Shown here in pieces: positions 45,310 to 57,403 of a stretch of 64,000 nt of DNA. Source of the stretch: the human T2T-CHM13v2.0 reference genome, Homo sapiens. A program made the position numbers and the translations under genes. Position 1 is the first letter of the stretch. Every line of letters begins with the position of its first letter. The notes below the pieces were generated by a model that ran no database searches, was not told the origin of the DNA, and saw only the letters and a list, made by a program, of their open reading frames with translations. The stretch lies in assembly GCF_009914755.1 (NCBI RefSeq), contig NC_060933.1. One strand, written 5' to 3'.

Positions 45310-46453
45310 ATATCTAAGGCATTTCTGTTTTTTGTTCTGTTTTGTTTTTTGTTTTTTAAATACGTTGGTAACGGAGAAACAAGTCTCAATGAGTTAATTG
45401 CTGGATGAAAAATGACAAGAGATTTTAAGCAATTTCAGCTAAAGCAAAATATTCATTTTAAACTTTTATTCAAAATAAAGGAAGTGATTATTTTCAAAAT
45501 GTTTTCAATCTTTCATGAATAGTCAGTTCTAACAATTAATACTGTAAAATTATTTTAAATTATGTTTTGATGAAATAAATTGATTCCAGATACACAAATT
45601 TTCCACTGTGTAAATTATTTTAAGGGAAATCAAAATTGAAAGCATAATATTAAATCTGAAAGTTTGTGGTAATAATAATGGCTTTCCTCCATGTGCAGTT
45701 ATCTGTTTTAATGACAATTGTAATTCAGTTATGAAATATCATACAATAATATGTAAAAACTGTTGTTTCAAGATTCTAATTTCACCTTTTAATTTTCTCT
45801 ACCATTGAAAAGACTGATGTACTCCTTCCAGGAGTTGGTGTATTGAAATTATTTAAAATAAAAATTGGTAAACATAATCTAAAAATAATGGAACCAAACT
45901 AGATTCTTAGCTTGCTAAAACATAGTTTAAATGTTTTTCAACAGAACGTTCCTCCTTTGGAAATCATTATACTTCAGCATGAAATGAAAATGTGTTTAAT
46001 GCGATTCCATATTAACACATAAAAATAATAGTCTGAAATGGAACATATTAACTAAGCAAGAAACTATCATTTGTTATATAAAATATTTAAATATTGAAAA
46101 AGTGATGTGCAAAAATATACTTAAAAGGATTTAATAACATTTTTCAGATCTACATTTTACCTTACAAAATTAGTCTCAATATATAGAACATTTTTAAAAC
46201 AATCATTACTACAGATATTTGAGAGGTGATATTTTTGGTTTTATTTAAATCTTCTGTAAAATCACTGTTATTTTTGTCTGTGTCATCTATCAATTATTTA
46301 ATGAGAAATGTTAAGATCTCTAAATACTACTATGAATATGTTATTTTCTCAGTTTTTAGATTTTTTATTACATTAAATACATATTTTGAAGCCAACTTAT
46401 AAGGTACATATACGAATTGGTAATTACTGTATCTTCCTTTTGCTATTCATAAC

Positions 46454-46874
46454 TGTTACATGTAACTTTATAGTGTTTTCCTACTCTGACTCTGAATTAG
46501 CTGTATGTCTTTATTTGTCCCATGGTGAGTAAGCAAAAGTGATGCAAGGTTGCCGTAAAAATTACATGTGTGTGTGTAGGCCAGCAACCACTCTTGCATT
46601 TGAGATATTGCCATGAAATTATTCTTAGGCTATATGCTAACAAAAGGAAAACGCATTAAGTAGATTTGGATCATTTCAGTTGCCCCAGAAAGCAGCTCTC
46701 TTAGATAAACAGATATCCAGCCAACTACAGATATGCGAATGAGATCAACAAAAACCAGATAGACTATCCATTTGACCCCTAGGTTCATGAACTAAATAAA
46801 TGCTAAATGGTTTTAAGCACTAAATTTTAAGATGCTTTATTAGCCAGAATTTTTATGAAAACAGATAATGAATA
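46454..46874 (+). mobile_element. MLT1H-like LTR
   Basis: AAGCAAAAGTGATGCAAG...CAGCCAACTACAGATATGCGAATGAG...AATAAATGCT...TTTTAAGCACTAAATTTT. Confidence 0.7.
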
Positions 46875-46884
46875 TGAATTTTGG

Positions 46885-47190
46885 CCTCTATGACATACCA
46901 TAAACAGAACTTAATCTCAGATGGATTACAGACTTGAACATATACTAAAAGGCGATTAATTTTCTAGAGGAAAATATAAAATGATGTTATCATTAATTTG
47001 AGGTAAGGACAATGTATTAAAAGGGTATCCAAAAATACCTCTAGCTATAAAGGAAAAGATTAACTGGACTTCCTCAAAACTAAGAATTTACATTCACTAA
47101 ACACACCATTATCAGAGTAAAATAACAGGTCACAGGGTGACAGGAAATGCTTGTAATACATATATTTGAGAAAAAACTTTGGTATATCCT
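46885..47190 (+). mobile_element. Ancient L1 ORF2 fragment
   Basis: AGATGGATTACAGACTTGAA...CTAGAGGAAAATATA...ATAAAGGAAAAGAT. Confidence 0.7.
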
Positions 47191-49563
47191 GAGTTACTAT
47201 ATATTACTGTAAATGTAAGTGACATATTTTGTGATTTTACTGAGCTATTTCTAATAAGAAAAAATAAATTGGCAAGTAAATAAAAATGACAGCATAGATG
47301 GAATGCTAAGAACTAAATTAATTTGATATTGTGATAGGAAATAATAGAGATTTGGAGTGATTTTACTTGAACCAAAGTATATGAAGAAGGCACCTATACA
47401 AGAAAAAAATAGAGGCTGAGGAAAAACACTTAGGAAGACAGAAAAGCTAAGATCTGAGAAAGATATATCCAGAGAAAAATTGAACCATATACAAACTGTT
47501 TGTCTACACTGAATACTATTATATTTTTCTCATCATGCTTTGGAAACAATAGATGAAGAAGAAAAAAATATGAAGAAGAAAAATCTAGCAATCAATTTTG
47601 TGATTACTCATATCTTTTTTGAAAAGCTGAACACGTGTTGATTTCAACAGCAGTTTTTTTATGTTAAACATTTAAAAGATAGGTGCTAAAATATTGCCAG
47701 ATTATAATGGCTTACTTTTCCTTACTTTTCCTTAATGCTATAACTTCTTTTTGTAAAAAAAAAAATGTACATGAATTAGTAAGTACAATTTTCTAAGAAT
47801 AAATTTCGTATCAATCATGACAAGGTCTTCTTAAAATTAGGCTCAATAGATTTTGAAACTAAAATATAACACAATAGATGTCTTATAAATAATATTAGAT
47901 TATTTTTATATGGCAGCTTTGGCTTTATAAAATATATCAATTTTCAGACACTATACTACACTATTTCACAAGCACGTGGGCTAACAATACATCAGATATG
48001 TTACTGAATGCTACTGAATGATAGTCCAGTAAAGAAAATAATTCTGTTTATAGGATAAATAAGGAATAAATATTGAAAAACAATGTGACTAACCATACTC
48101 AGAGGAAACCATGCAGGCTCAAATTTAGACTTCTAGTCCCAAGAATGTTTTCTATAAATTCAACTTTGTGACTGGGACTCAGAGAAGTGTTTATATATAA
48201 GCTCACAATGTAATAAATACAGCTAATCTCCAAGTATATGTTGAAAAGTAGATGTGATGATACAATATTGAGTAAATCTCCATAGTTTAATGCTAGAGTA
48301 ATGCTGCAACCAGCAGAAAGGGGCTCTAAACAGGCCACTCCTCACACATAGCATCACCTGATTCTATGCAGTGGCCATAGCTGACTTGATTAATGTCTCC
48401 AAAATACAGGAATCTTCTGGAATAGAATCATAGAAGGTAACCCTAGAGTTAGAATTTGGAATCAGGCAGGAAAGCAAGAAGCAACACGGACTAACGTAAA
48501 ATAGAATTAGAGTTGTGTTAAGGCAGACCCAAACCTCAGACCACTGGGAAGCCCTCCCTGGTGCAACACTGAAATATACTGGGGTATATGAGGGGAATTT
48601 AAACAGCAGTAAGTTTTAATGTGTACATATAAAACAAACTCATCAGTAAAATAAAATTTACCTTTAAAAGGGCACTGGGTCAGAGATAAGAAAAAGAAGA
48701 TTCTACAATGAAAAATACAAATAGCTTTAAATGTGTGAAAATAAAAATTTTCACTCACAAAAATGACAAAAATTAAAATAACAACAAAATGTTAATTTCT
48801 AATGCTGGAGTGGCTAGAGGGGTGTGGACATTTTCATATATGCCTGGCATAATACTACAACTGATCTAGTATACAATTTGGAACTAAGAATATTTATTTT
48901 ATAAACTTAGACACAGAAACAAATGAAAATGTGACTTCATTTTATATTCAGGGAAATGCTTATTTACAACCATAAATCCACTAATTTTTAAATATATAAA
49001 GTCTTTGACACATTATTCTCTAGCCAAGAGGAAATGTCTGTATCTTTTATTTCTTCAAAGTTCTGTTCAATAATTACATCCTCAATTTAACATTTAGTAC
49101 TTATATCCTTGACCACCCAAGCTAAATAAGTTATCATCTGAAACAGTCCCAGTCATTTTCTTTTCCTTTACTCCTGTGTTTCTTCATGGTTATTACTAAC
49201 TTAAATAATTATATTATTTATTATTAATTTAGTCATTAGTTTGCTTTTGTTCACGTTATTTGTTTCTACTACCAGAAGGCAAATTCTTCTATCAAATTTT
49301 ACTGCTTAAGTTTAATTAGAATTTGTTTCTGCTCTTTGCAACTAAGAAAACCAATGACCTGGTTTATGTAGGCATTCAAAGTTGTGTGTCACTTGATTTT
49401 AAGTTACCATTATTGATCTCACCAATGAATATGTCACTATTGTGAGAAGAGTATTAAGTAGCTCACAAAATCAAATGAATAGATCTAAAAAACTAAGTAA
49501 CCATGTTCTAGTGGGAAAGGAAGATGTAAGACGCATTGAAACTATTTGGATAGGACTACTATA

Positions 49564-49730
49564 TCTGATACAATTGCAAGTCAACACTTTTTTCACTACC
49601 TAGAGACAAGTTCAGTGAGAATTTGTCTGCATAACTAGATGTTTGATACAATCATAAGTCAATATTATTATTTCACTTTTTTCACTACCTAGAGACAAAT
49701 TCAGTGAGAATCTGTCTATATAACTAGATG
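49564..49730 (+). repeat. Tandem duplication of about 78 bp (second copy has an 11-bp insertion)
   Basis: TGATACAAT...AAGTCAA...CACTTTTTTCACTACCTAGAGACAA.TTCAGTGAGAAT.TGTCT..ATAACTAGATG at 49564-49641 and 49642-49730. Confidence 0.92.
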
Positions 49731-49899
49731 CTAGATTCATCTGTCACTTTTTATCTCTAACTGATCCTAAACATATATCTATGACTTCTTCAAGATTAAA
49801 CATCCTGGACAGAAACAAATGATTAGCTGTAATCAAGTTACATGCCATGAGCAATCTGTCAAGGCATCCAAAAAGGGTTATCTGCTTTCCTTTTGATTA

Positions 49900-50870
49900 A
49901 TGATACTGTTGGTTTATAAATATACTATTTGTTGTCTGTTTATGTTTTTGTTTCTTTCTGCCTTCTTTGAGTTTATTTTGTATTTGTCAATTTTAAGTTA
50001 CTTTTGGATTTTCTGCTATGACCATTGTTTTATTATTTTAGTTGTTGTTTTACAGTATATTTATGTATCTTTAAATTTTTAGTCTAATTTCTAGTAATAG
50101 TATACCAATTTATTATATATATCTTATAATCATATGTTTCCAGTTATATGAAACATATGATTACTTACTTACTAACCTGTGTACTATTATTTTTATACAT
50201 TTATGTATGCTACAAATAATCACATTTTTATTTCAACAATAATCTTTTAATGAGATTTGAATAATAAAAAATATAACTACATATACTTATCATTTATGGT
50301 GCTTTTATTCCAACTATATTTGTATCAGATCATTTTCCTTCTGCTTGAAGGACTTCTTTTAACATTTTTTTCTATTATAGTTACACTGCTGATGACAACT
50401 TTCAGCTTTTCTATTGTATGCTTGCAAAGGTTTTTAAAATTATATCTTCAGTTTTGCAAGATATTTTCTTGGGTATATAATTTTCAGTGGACAGATTTTC
50501 GCAAATTTTCTTTCTAAAATTTAAAGATTTTGCTTCACTGTCTTCTGACTTGTATTGTTTTTGATGGGAAATCTGCTGTCATAAAATGTTGCTTCTCTGT
50601 ACAAAATGTAGCTCCACTCCTCCTTTGGTTGCTGTGAAGACTTTTTTCTTTATCACTTGTTTTGAGCAATTTGATTATTGTGTACTTTTTTGTTTTTCTT
50701 ATATTTTTTACACATTACATTTATTGTGCTTTTGAGATCTCAGAGTTTAACATTTGTATGAAATTAGGAAAAAATAGGAAAAAAATCAGGGCATGATTAT
50801 TCAAATAAGAATTTCTGTGCCCCATCTTGGTCTGAGGATTCCAAATAGACATTTTAGGCTGCTTTAAGAA
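49900..50870 (-). mobile_element. Old L1 (L1M4/MC-type) ORF1 region
   Basis: CATTTTCCTTCTGCTTGAAGGACTTC and CACTGTCTTCTGACTTGTATTGTTT..GATGGGAAATCTGCTGTC. Confidence 0.75.
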
Positions 50871-51653
50871 TATTAATGCACAGTGGAAATATGTAATGTT
50901 TTAAAGGCCTTTTTATACTTTTTAAAAATAATCTCTTTAAAGGTACAATTAACAAATAAAATTTGTATATATTTATTGTATACAACATGATGTTTTGATA
51001 TGTGTAAATAAATTAAATGAATAAACTTATCCATCACTTAATATACTTAGGATTTTTGGGCTAAACACATTTTAAGATCTAATCTATGAGCAATTTTAAC
51101 TATACAATACAATATTATTAACTATAATCACTAGGCTATATATTTTCAGAACTGATTCATCCTAAGCTGTCATGCTCTACAAGAAATATTTTGCACCCTT
51201 TAATCAACCTCCCTCCATTCCTAAATATTTTTATGCTATTGTAAATGGAATTGTTTTCTTAATTAGGGGGAATAGTTTACTGTTAATTTATAAAAACACT
51301 ACTGATTTTTGGATGTTGATTTTGTAGCCTGCAACTTTACTGAATTTGTTTATCAATTCTAACACTTCTATGGAAGGAGCCTTTAGGGTTTTCTGTAATA
51401 AAATCATTTCATCTGCCAACAAAGACAATTTTACTTCTTCCTTTCTGATTTGGATGCCCTTTATTTCTTTTTATTGCTTAAGTGCTCTGGCTAGGACTTC
51501 CAGTACTACCTTAAATTGAAGTGATAAATGTGGTCATCCTTGTCTTTTTTCTGATCTTAGAGGAAAACCTTTAATAATTTTACCATTTAACTGTGTATTT
51601 GTTATAGATGGCCTTTATTATGTTAAGCTATAATTCTTCTATATCTAAGCTGT

Positions 51654-52034
51654 TGATATGGTTTGGCTGTGTCCCCACCCAAATTTCAACTTGAATTGTA
51701 GTTCCCATAATCCTCACATGTGGTGGCAGACACCCAGTGAGAGGTAACTGAATCATGGAGGTGGTTTCCCCTATGCTATCCCCGTGATAGTGAGTAAATT
51801 CTCACTAGATCTCAAGGTTTTGTAAGGGGCTTTCCTCCCATTTCACTCTGCACTTCTCCTTGCTGCCGCTATGTGAAGAAGGATGTGCTTGCTTCCCCTT
51901 CCAGCATGATTGCAAGTTTTCCGATGCCTCCCCCGCCATGCTGAACTGTGAGTCAATTAAATGTCTTTCCTTTATAAATTACCCAATCTCGGGTATGTCT
52001 TTATGAGCAGTGTAAGAATGGATGGACTAAAACA
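51654..52034 (+). mobile_element. THE1C solo LTR
   Basis: TGATATGGTTTGGCTGTGTCCCCACCC...TGTGAAGAAGGATGTG...GGACTAAAACA. Confidence 0.9.
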
Positions 52035-52060
52035 ATTTTTAAGAGTTTTTATCATGAAAG

Positions 52061-52784
52061 CATTAACAATGAAAAGTATCCAAGTTACTGGTGGCAAATC
52101 CATACAGGTCTGCAACAAACTCAATTTTGGGGCTCCTCAGAAGAAAGAATTAGACTGAGAGGCATAAGGCAGAAAAAGAGACTGAGGCAAGTTACAGAGC
52201 AGGAGTGAAAGTTTACTTAAAAAGTCTTTAGAATAGGAAAGAAAGGAAAGTACGCTTGGAAGAAAGACCCAAGTGGGTGACTTGAAGGACAAGTGTAGTG
52301 TTTAACTTTGATCCTACGATTTTATAGGCTAGCTTCCCTCCAGGCACTTTGCACCCCTTTTTTATGATTCTTCCTTTGGAAAGGTGGGGTTTCCTGCATG
52401 CACAGTGCCCTCCTTACCTTTGGGAAGTGAGCATGTGCAGTGTGTTTAGGGAGTTGTATGCGTGCCCATTTCAGACTTTCTGCCCTTTTCCTGTGGTGTG
52501 CTCTCAGAACGTCATACTCCACCACCTTGTCTTTTAATGTGCATGTCAGGCTCACTTGTCCTGATATTTCAGTGGAAGCCCTTTTTGCTCTCTCTGGCAC
52601 CTGCATTCAATTAACACTTTAATGTTTACGGCTATGAGCCATTAGAATCTTTTTTCCATGGTGCAGGCTGCCAAATTATCATTTTTAGAGAGACAATGTT
52701 ATAATTGCCTCACTTGACATTCTTGGTGCAGGGAGGGGAGAGTCCTCTCTTGCCAGGCTCATGCCTGTCTAACTACTTGTAACA
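52061..52784 (-). mobile_element. MER50/MER50B ERV1 solo LTR
   Basis: GGCAAATCCATACAGGTCTGCA...CTCCTCAGAAGAAAGAATT...CTCATGCCTGTCTAACTACTTGTAACA. 4-bp TSD AAAG at 52057-52060 and 52785-52788. Confidence 0.8.
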
Positions 52785-52880
52785 AAAGGATGTCAAAGTT
52801 TGTCAAATGCTCTTTCTACATCTATTGAGAAAATATGCTTTTGATTCTTCATTCTGTTTTGATACATGATATCAATTGAT

Positions 52881-53690
52881 TAAAAGAAGTGAAAAGAAAA
52901 ATAGAGAGCAACACCATAATATTAGGGTACTTCAATGCCCTACATTCCACACTAAATAGTTCCTCCAGACAAAAAAAGTCAACAAAGGACCAATGGATTG
53001 AAAGATATTATAGACCACATGGACTTAGCAGATGTGTAGAACATCACATCCAACTGCAGCAGGATACATACCCTTTTCAAGCACACACAGAACATTCTAC
53101 AGGGCAGATCATATATTAGGTCACTGAACAAATCTTCACAAATTAATGAAGGTTCATATAATAGGTATCTCTTCTGACACCAATGGTATAAAATTAGAAA
53201 TCAATAACAGAAAGAAAATTAGATGATTAACAAATATGTGGAAATTAAATAACACATTCCTGGACAGCCAGTGAGTTAAAAGATAAATAAAACAAAAATT
53301 TAAAAATATGTTGAGACAAATGAAAATGGAAACCAACATATAAAACTTATAAGATGTATCAAAAGCAATTTTAGGAGGAAAATTTATAGCAATTAAGCCC
53401 AACATTAAGAAAAAAGGTCTCAAAAAAACCCCTAACTTTACACCTCAAATAACTAGAAAGAGAATAATCTAATATCAAAGTCAGCAATACTAAAGGAAAA
53501 AAAAGAAACAAAATTGGTACAAAAAATACAAAAGGTCAATGAAAATGAGTTTTTTCAAAAGATAAACAATATTATTAAAACTTTAGCTAGACTAAGAAAA
53601 TGAAAATATTGAAATGAATAAAATTATAATTGAAAGAACAGATGTTACAACTGATACCGCAGAAATACAAAGCCTCATAAAAGACTACTG
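52881..53690 (+). mobile_element. L1 ORF2 endonuclease/linker segment, inverted relative to the adjoining L1MA
   Basis: ORF 52889 (IESNTIILGYFNALHS) corresponds to the ORF2 IIxGDFN region. Ends at AAGACTACTG. Confidence 0.85.
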
Positions 53691-54683
53691 TGTTTCATTT
53701 CAGATATCAGATATGTGCAATTCTTACCATAATAAATCTTAGAACATTTTTGTCTACTCAAAAAGAAGCTGTGTACCCTTAGCTATCAAACCCTAACTCC
53801 TATTCACCACTCCAGCTCTTAGCAACAATTAATCTATGTTCTTCTCTATAAATTTGGCAATACTGGACATTTTATACAAATAGACACATTTAATACGTAT
53901 TATTACTGGCTCTTTTCTCTTAGTGTAACATTCTCAATGCTCATTCATGTTATAGCATGTATCAGTATTTCCTTCGTTTTTATGGTAGGATAATATTCTA
54001 TTTATAGGTGTTGCATATATCATTAGTTGACGAACATTTAAGTGGTTTTCACCTCATGGCTATTATGAATGTTAATGTTTTAAGTACTTATGCACAAATT
54101 TTTATTTCTCTTAAGCATATATTTTGGAGAATAGTGGAACTGAAGGGTCATTAGTAACAATGTTTATTTATTTGAAGAACTTCCAGACTGTTTTCCAAAG
54201 TGGCTCAGCTATTTTAAATTTTCACCAAATGATAAATATTTCCATGTGTTGACAATCTCATCAACAATTGTTCTCTGTTTTTTGATTATAGATATTCTAG
54301 TGAATGTAAAGTGTTTTATCGCTCCCTAATGACAAATGATGTTGAGCACTTGTTCACGTGCTTACCAGCTATTCATATATCTTCTTTGGAGAAATGTCTA
54401 CTCAACTCTTTCATGTATTTTAATTTGATTATTTGTCTTTTTATAGTTGAATTGTAAATATTTTTATATATGCATGATATTAGCTCATTACCAGATATGA
54501 TTCAAAAACGTTTTTGTGCATTCTGTGAGTCATCTTCTCACTCACTTTATAATGTTATTTGAAGCAGATGTTTTTAATTTTGATGAAATCCAACTTATCA
54601 TACATTTTTATATTGTTGTTCATGCTCTTGGTGTCATATCTAAGAATCCAATATCAAGTCCAAGTTTGTAAACATGTATATCA

Positions 54684-54886
54684 TTTTTTTTTCAAGACTG
54701 AATCCTGCTCCAAGTAGCTGGGATTACAGACACATGCCATCACGCCCTGGTAATTTTTCTACATTTTCAGTAGAGACGGGGTTTCACCATTTTGGCCAGG
54801 CTGGTCTCGAACTCCTGACTTCATGATCCACTCACCTCGACCTCCCAAAGTGCTGGGATTACAGGTGTGAACCACCGCACCCAGCC
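54684..54886 (-). mobile_element. AluSg-like with an internal right-arm deletion
   Basis: About 200 bp. TSD TAAACATGTATATC at 54669-54682 and 54888-54901. Confidence 0.9.
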
Positions 54887-54926
54887 ATAAACATGTATAT
54901 CTAATATTTCCATCTACAAATTGTAC

Positions 54927-55400
54927 ACATTTGACCTTGAACAACACAAGGGTTAGAGTCACCAACCACCGATGCAGTTGAAAATTTAGGTATAATTTTT
55001 TACTCCCCCAAAACCTAACTACTTATAGTTTACTTTTGACCAGAAGCCTAACCCATAAGTAGTCAATTAACACAAATTTTATTTGTTATGTGTATTATAT
55101 GCTGTATTCTTACAATGCAGTAAGCAAGATAAGAAAAATGTTACTAAGAAAAACATAAGGAAGAGAAAACATTTTTACTACCCATTAAGTGGAAGTAGAT
55201 TATCATAAAGATCTTTATCATCTTAACATCGAGTAGACTGAGGAGGAGGAAAAAGTGGGGCTGGTCTTAACACTGAGTAGACTGAGGAGGAGGAAAAAAA
55301 TGGGGTTGGTCTTACTGTCTCAGGAGTGAGAGAGGCAGAAGAAAATCTACATATAAGTGAACCCACGCAGTTCAAACCCATGATATTCAAAGATGAATGG
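54927..55400 (-). mobile_element. Tigger2a (MER28) with an internal tandem duplication of about 44 bp
   Basis: TTGACCTTGAACAACAC TIR. AAGTGGAAGTAGATTATCATAAAGATCTT. Duplication at 55221-55314. Confidence 0.9.
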
Positions 55401-55899
55401 TAGTTTCAGTTTTTAAATTTTGCTCTTTGAGTTAATTTTTGTATATAGTGTGAGGTAAGGATTGAAATCTGGCTCTCCCATTATCTCAGCATTATTTGCT
55501 CTGCAAACGGTCTTAGCGCCCTTGACAAATGTTAGTTGGCCATAAACACACAGTTAATTCTGAACTGTAATTCAATGTATTTCATCTATATGTCTAACCA
55601 CATGCCAGTGCAGTACTGTCTTGATTACTGTTGCTTTGTACTATGTTTTGAAAACAAAGAATGTGAGTCTTCTTACTTGTTCTTCTTTTTCAAGATTGTT
55701 TTGGTTATTTGGGGCCCTCTGCAAATCTATAAGAATTTCAGAATCAACTTGTTAATATTTACAAAAGAATTAACTGGCACTTAATAAGAATTGCATTGAA
55801 TCTGTAGATCAATTCGGAGGGATATTGACATCATTGAAATATTTAGCCTTTCAATTTTCTGTTTTTATTTTTAAAAAATTATTTCAATTACGTTTTGTA

Positions 55900-55978
55900 T
55901 TAGTTTGGTGCAAAAGTAATTGTGGCTTCTGCTATTAAAAGTAGTGGCAAAATCACAACTACATTTGTCCCAACCTAA
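55900..55978. mobile_element. MADE1 (Hsmar1-derived MITE)
   Basis: TTAGTTTGGTGCAAAAGTAATTG...CAACTACATTTGTCCCAACCTAA palindrome flanked by TA on both sides. Confidence 0.93.
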
Positions 55979-57360
55979 TAGTTTTCAGAGTATAAGTTTT
56001 TCACTCTTTTGTAAGTTTAGGTATACATATTTCATCTTGCTGCTATTGTAAATGGAATTGTTTTTTCATTTTCAGATTTTTCATTGAAAATTTATAGAAA
56101 TGCAATTGATTTTCCTGTATTTATCTTCTATTGTGCAAATGTCATTGACTTGTTTATAAACTGCTGTTGATCACATCTCTTCAGTGTTGGGTATCATGCA
56201 TTCAGCCATTCCCATTACGTTAGGGCAGAAACCCTTCTCTCATTAATGGGATAAAAAATTCTGTAAATAGAGTGATTAATTTTTAACACTGATTTTAATA
56301 AAAAAATAAACTGAAGGAACAACAGCCTTTCCATACTCCCAGGCAGACGTTCTCTCTAGTTCAAACATATTATTTAACAGAAAATTCAACTTTTTTTATA
56401 ATATTACTCTTTGTTGTATCATATATACCCACTGAAACTCCTCCCCTGCCTTTCCTCAAGGTGGAGCTAAACAATAACTGGTATAGGATTCTTCAAATAT
56501 TCTCATAACAGAGAATGGGAGAAAGATGTATATGTGTTCACATTTCTTAAGTTTATAATATGATTTATAGAAACTAATTCTGATAACTTCACTACCATAT
56601 TCATCAGATACTCCCTTTAAGCAGCACTACCCATTAAACATACAGTATATTTTTAAATGTGTTCTTCAGATATAGTACAATATAGTATTCCTTCATTCAT
56701 TCCAAGTTCAGAATTCAGAATTTAATAATAGAAGACTTAAAAGGAATAAATTTAAATTTACCTTACACCACACAATTACCATGTTACAGATATTTGAGAT
56801 TTATTCTATAAAGGAAATAATAACACTTTTGATATGCCAAAAACTGTGTTAAGGATTTCCAATTGTTAAATAAAATACTCAGTCAACTAGGTTGTTTTAT
56901 CTATTCTCATGTAAGAGACAATATAAGACACAGAACATTTAAGCAAATTTTCTAAGTAACAGATCTGGTATGGAGTAGAAGTGGGTATTACGCACAGCCA
57001 AAGGATTCTGGAATCTGCTCTTAATCACAATAGAAGACAGATGCACTGAGAGAAAAACAATTATTTTTTCTAACAGTCCTGTAATGCATAAATATATGAG
57101 TCTTTCAATACATTCCAATATCATTTCAAAAGTACAAACTTAAATTACATTGTATATTTTCAATATATCACTTTGTTTTTATTTCTCTTTGGTAAACATC
57201 TCTCCAAAAGTTAAAAGTTCTTCTCATAGGCAATTAATAAAATTTTCTATTTTTTTCATAATGTCTCTAGTTTCAAGGACATCATTTAATGTGAATCTAA
57301 AAGTTGGTATGGTTAATAAGTACACCGGGCTTTTGATAAAGAAAGTTATACCTACATCTG

Positions 57361-57363
<3 letters not shown>

Positions 57364-57401
<38 letters not shown>
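57364..57401 (+). repeat. (CA)19 microsatellite
   Basis: Perfect run. Confidence 0.98.

Positions 57402-57403
<2 letters not shown>

Larger units (their letters stand above)
50920..52880 (-). mobile_element. L1MA8/9-type 3' end and ORF2 piece, interrupted by THE1C and MER50
   Basis: ACAAATAAAATTTGTATATATTTATTGTATACAACATGATGTTTTG, then antisense RT region TCATCTGCCAACAAAGACAATTT. Confidence 0.85.
53700..56160 (-). mobile_element. L1MB-type 3' region with nested Alu, Tigger2a and MADE1
   Basis: TCATTCATGTTATAGCATGTATCAGTATTTCCTT, CCAGACTGTTTTCCAAAGTGGCT and TGCATTGAATCTGTAGATCAATT. Confidence 0.85.

Noticed and set aside
48500-48690. Possible ~90-nt minus-strand intron (AAG|GTAAAT ... TTTCAG|)
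   Set aside because: Such motifs arise by chance in AT-rich DNA, and there is no recognisable flanking coding sequence or transcript evidence.
49564-49730. Repeat-spacer-repeat pattern resembling a CRISPR array
   Set aside because: There are only two copies, the apparent spacer is itself part of the duplicated unit, the DNA is human and there are no cas genes.
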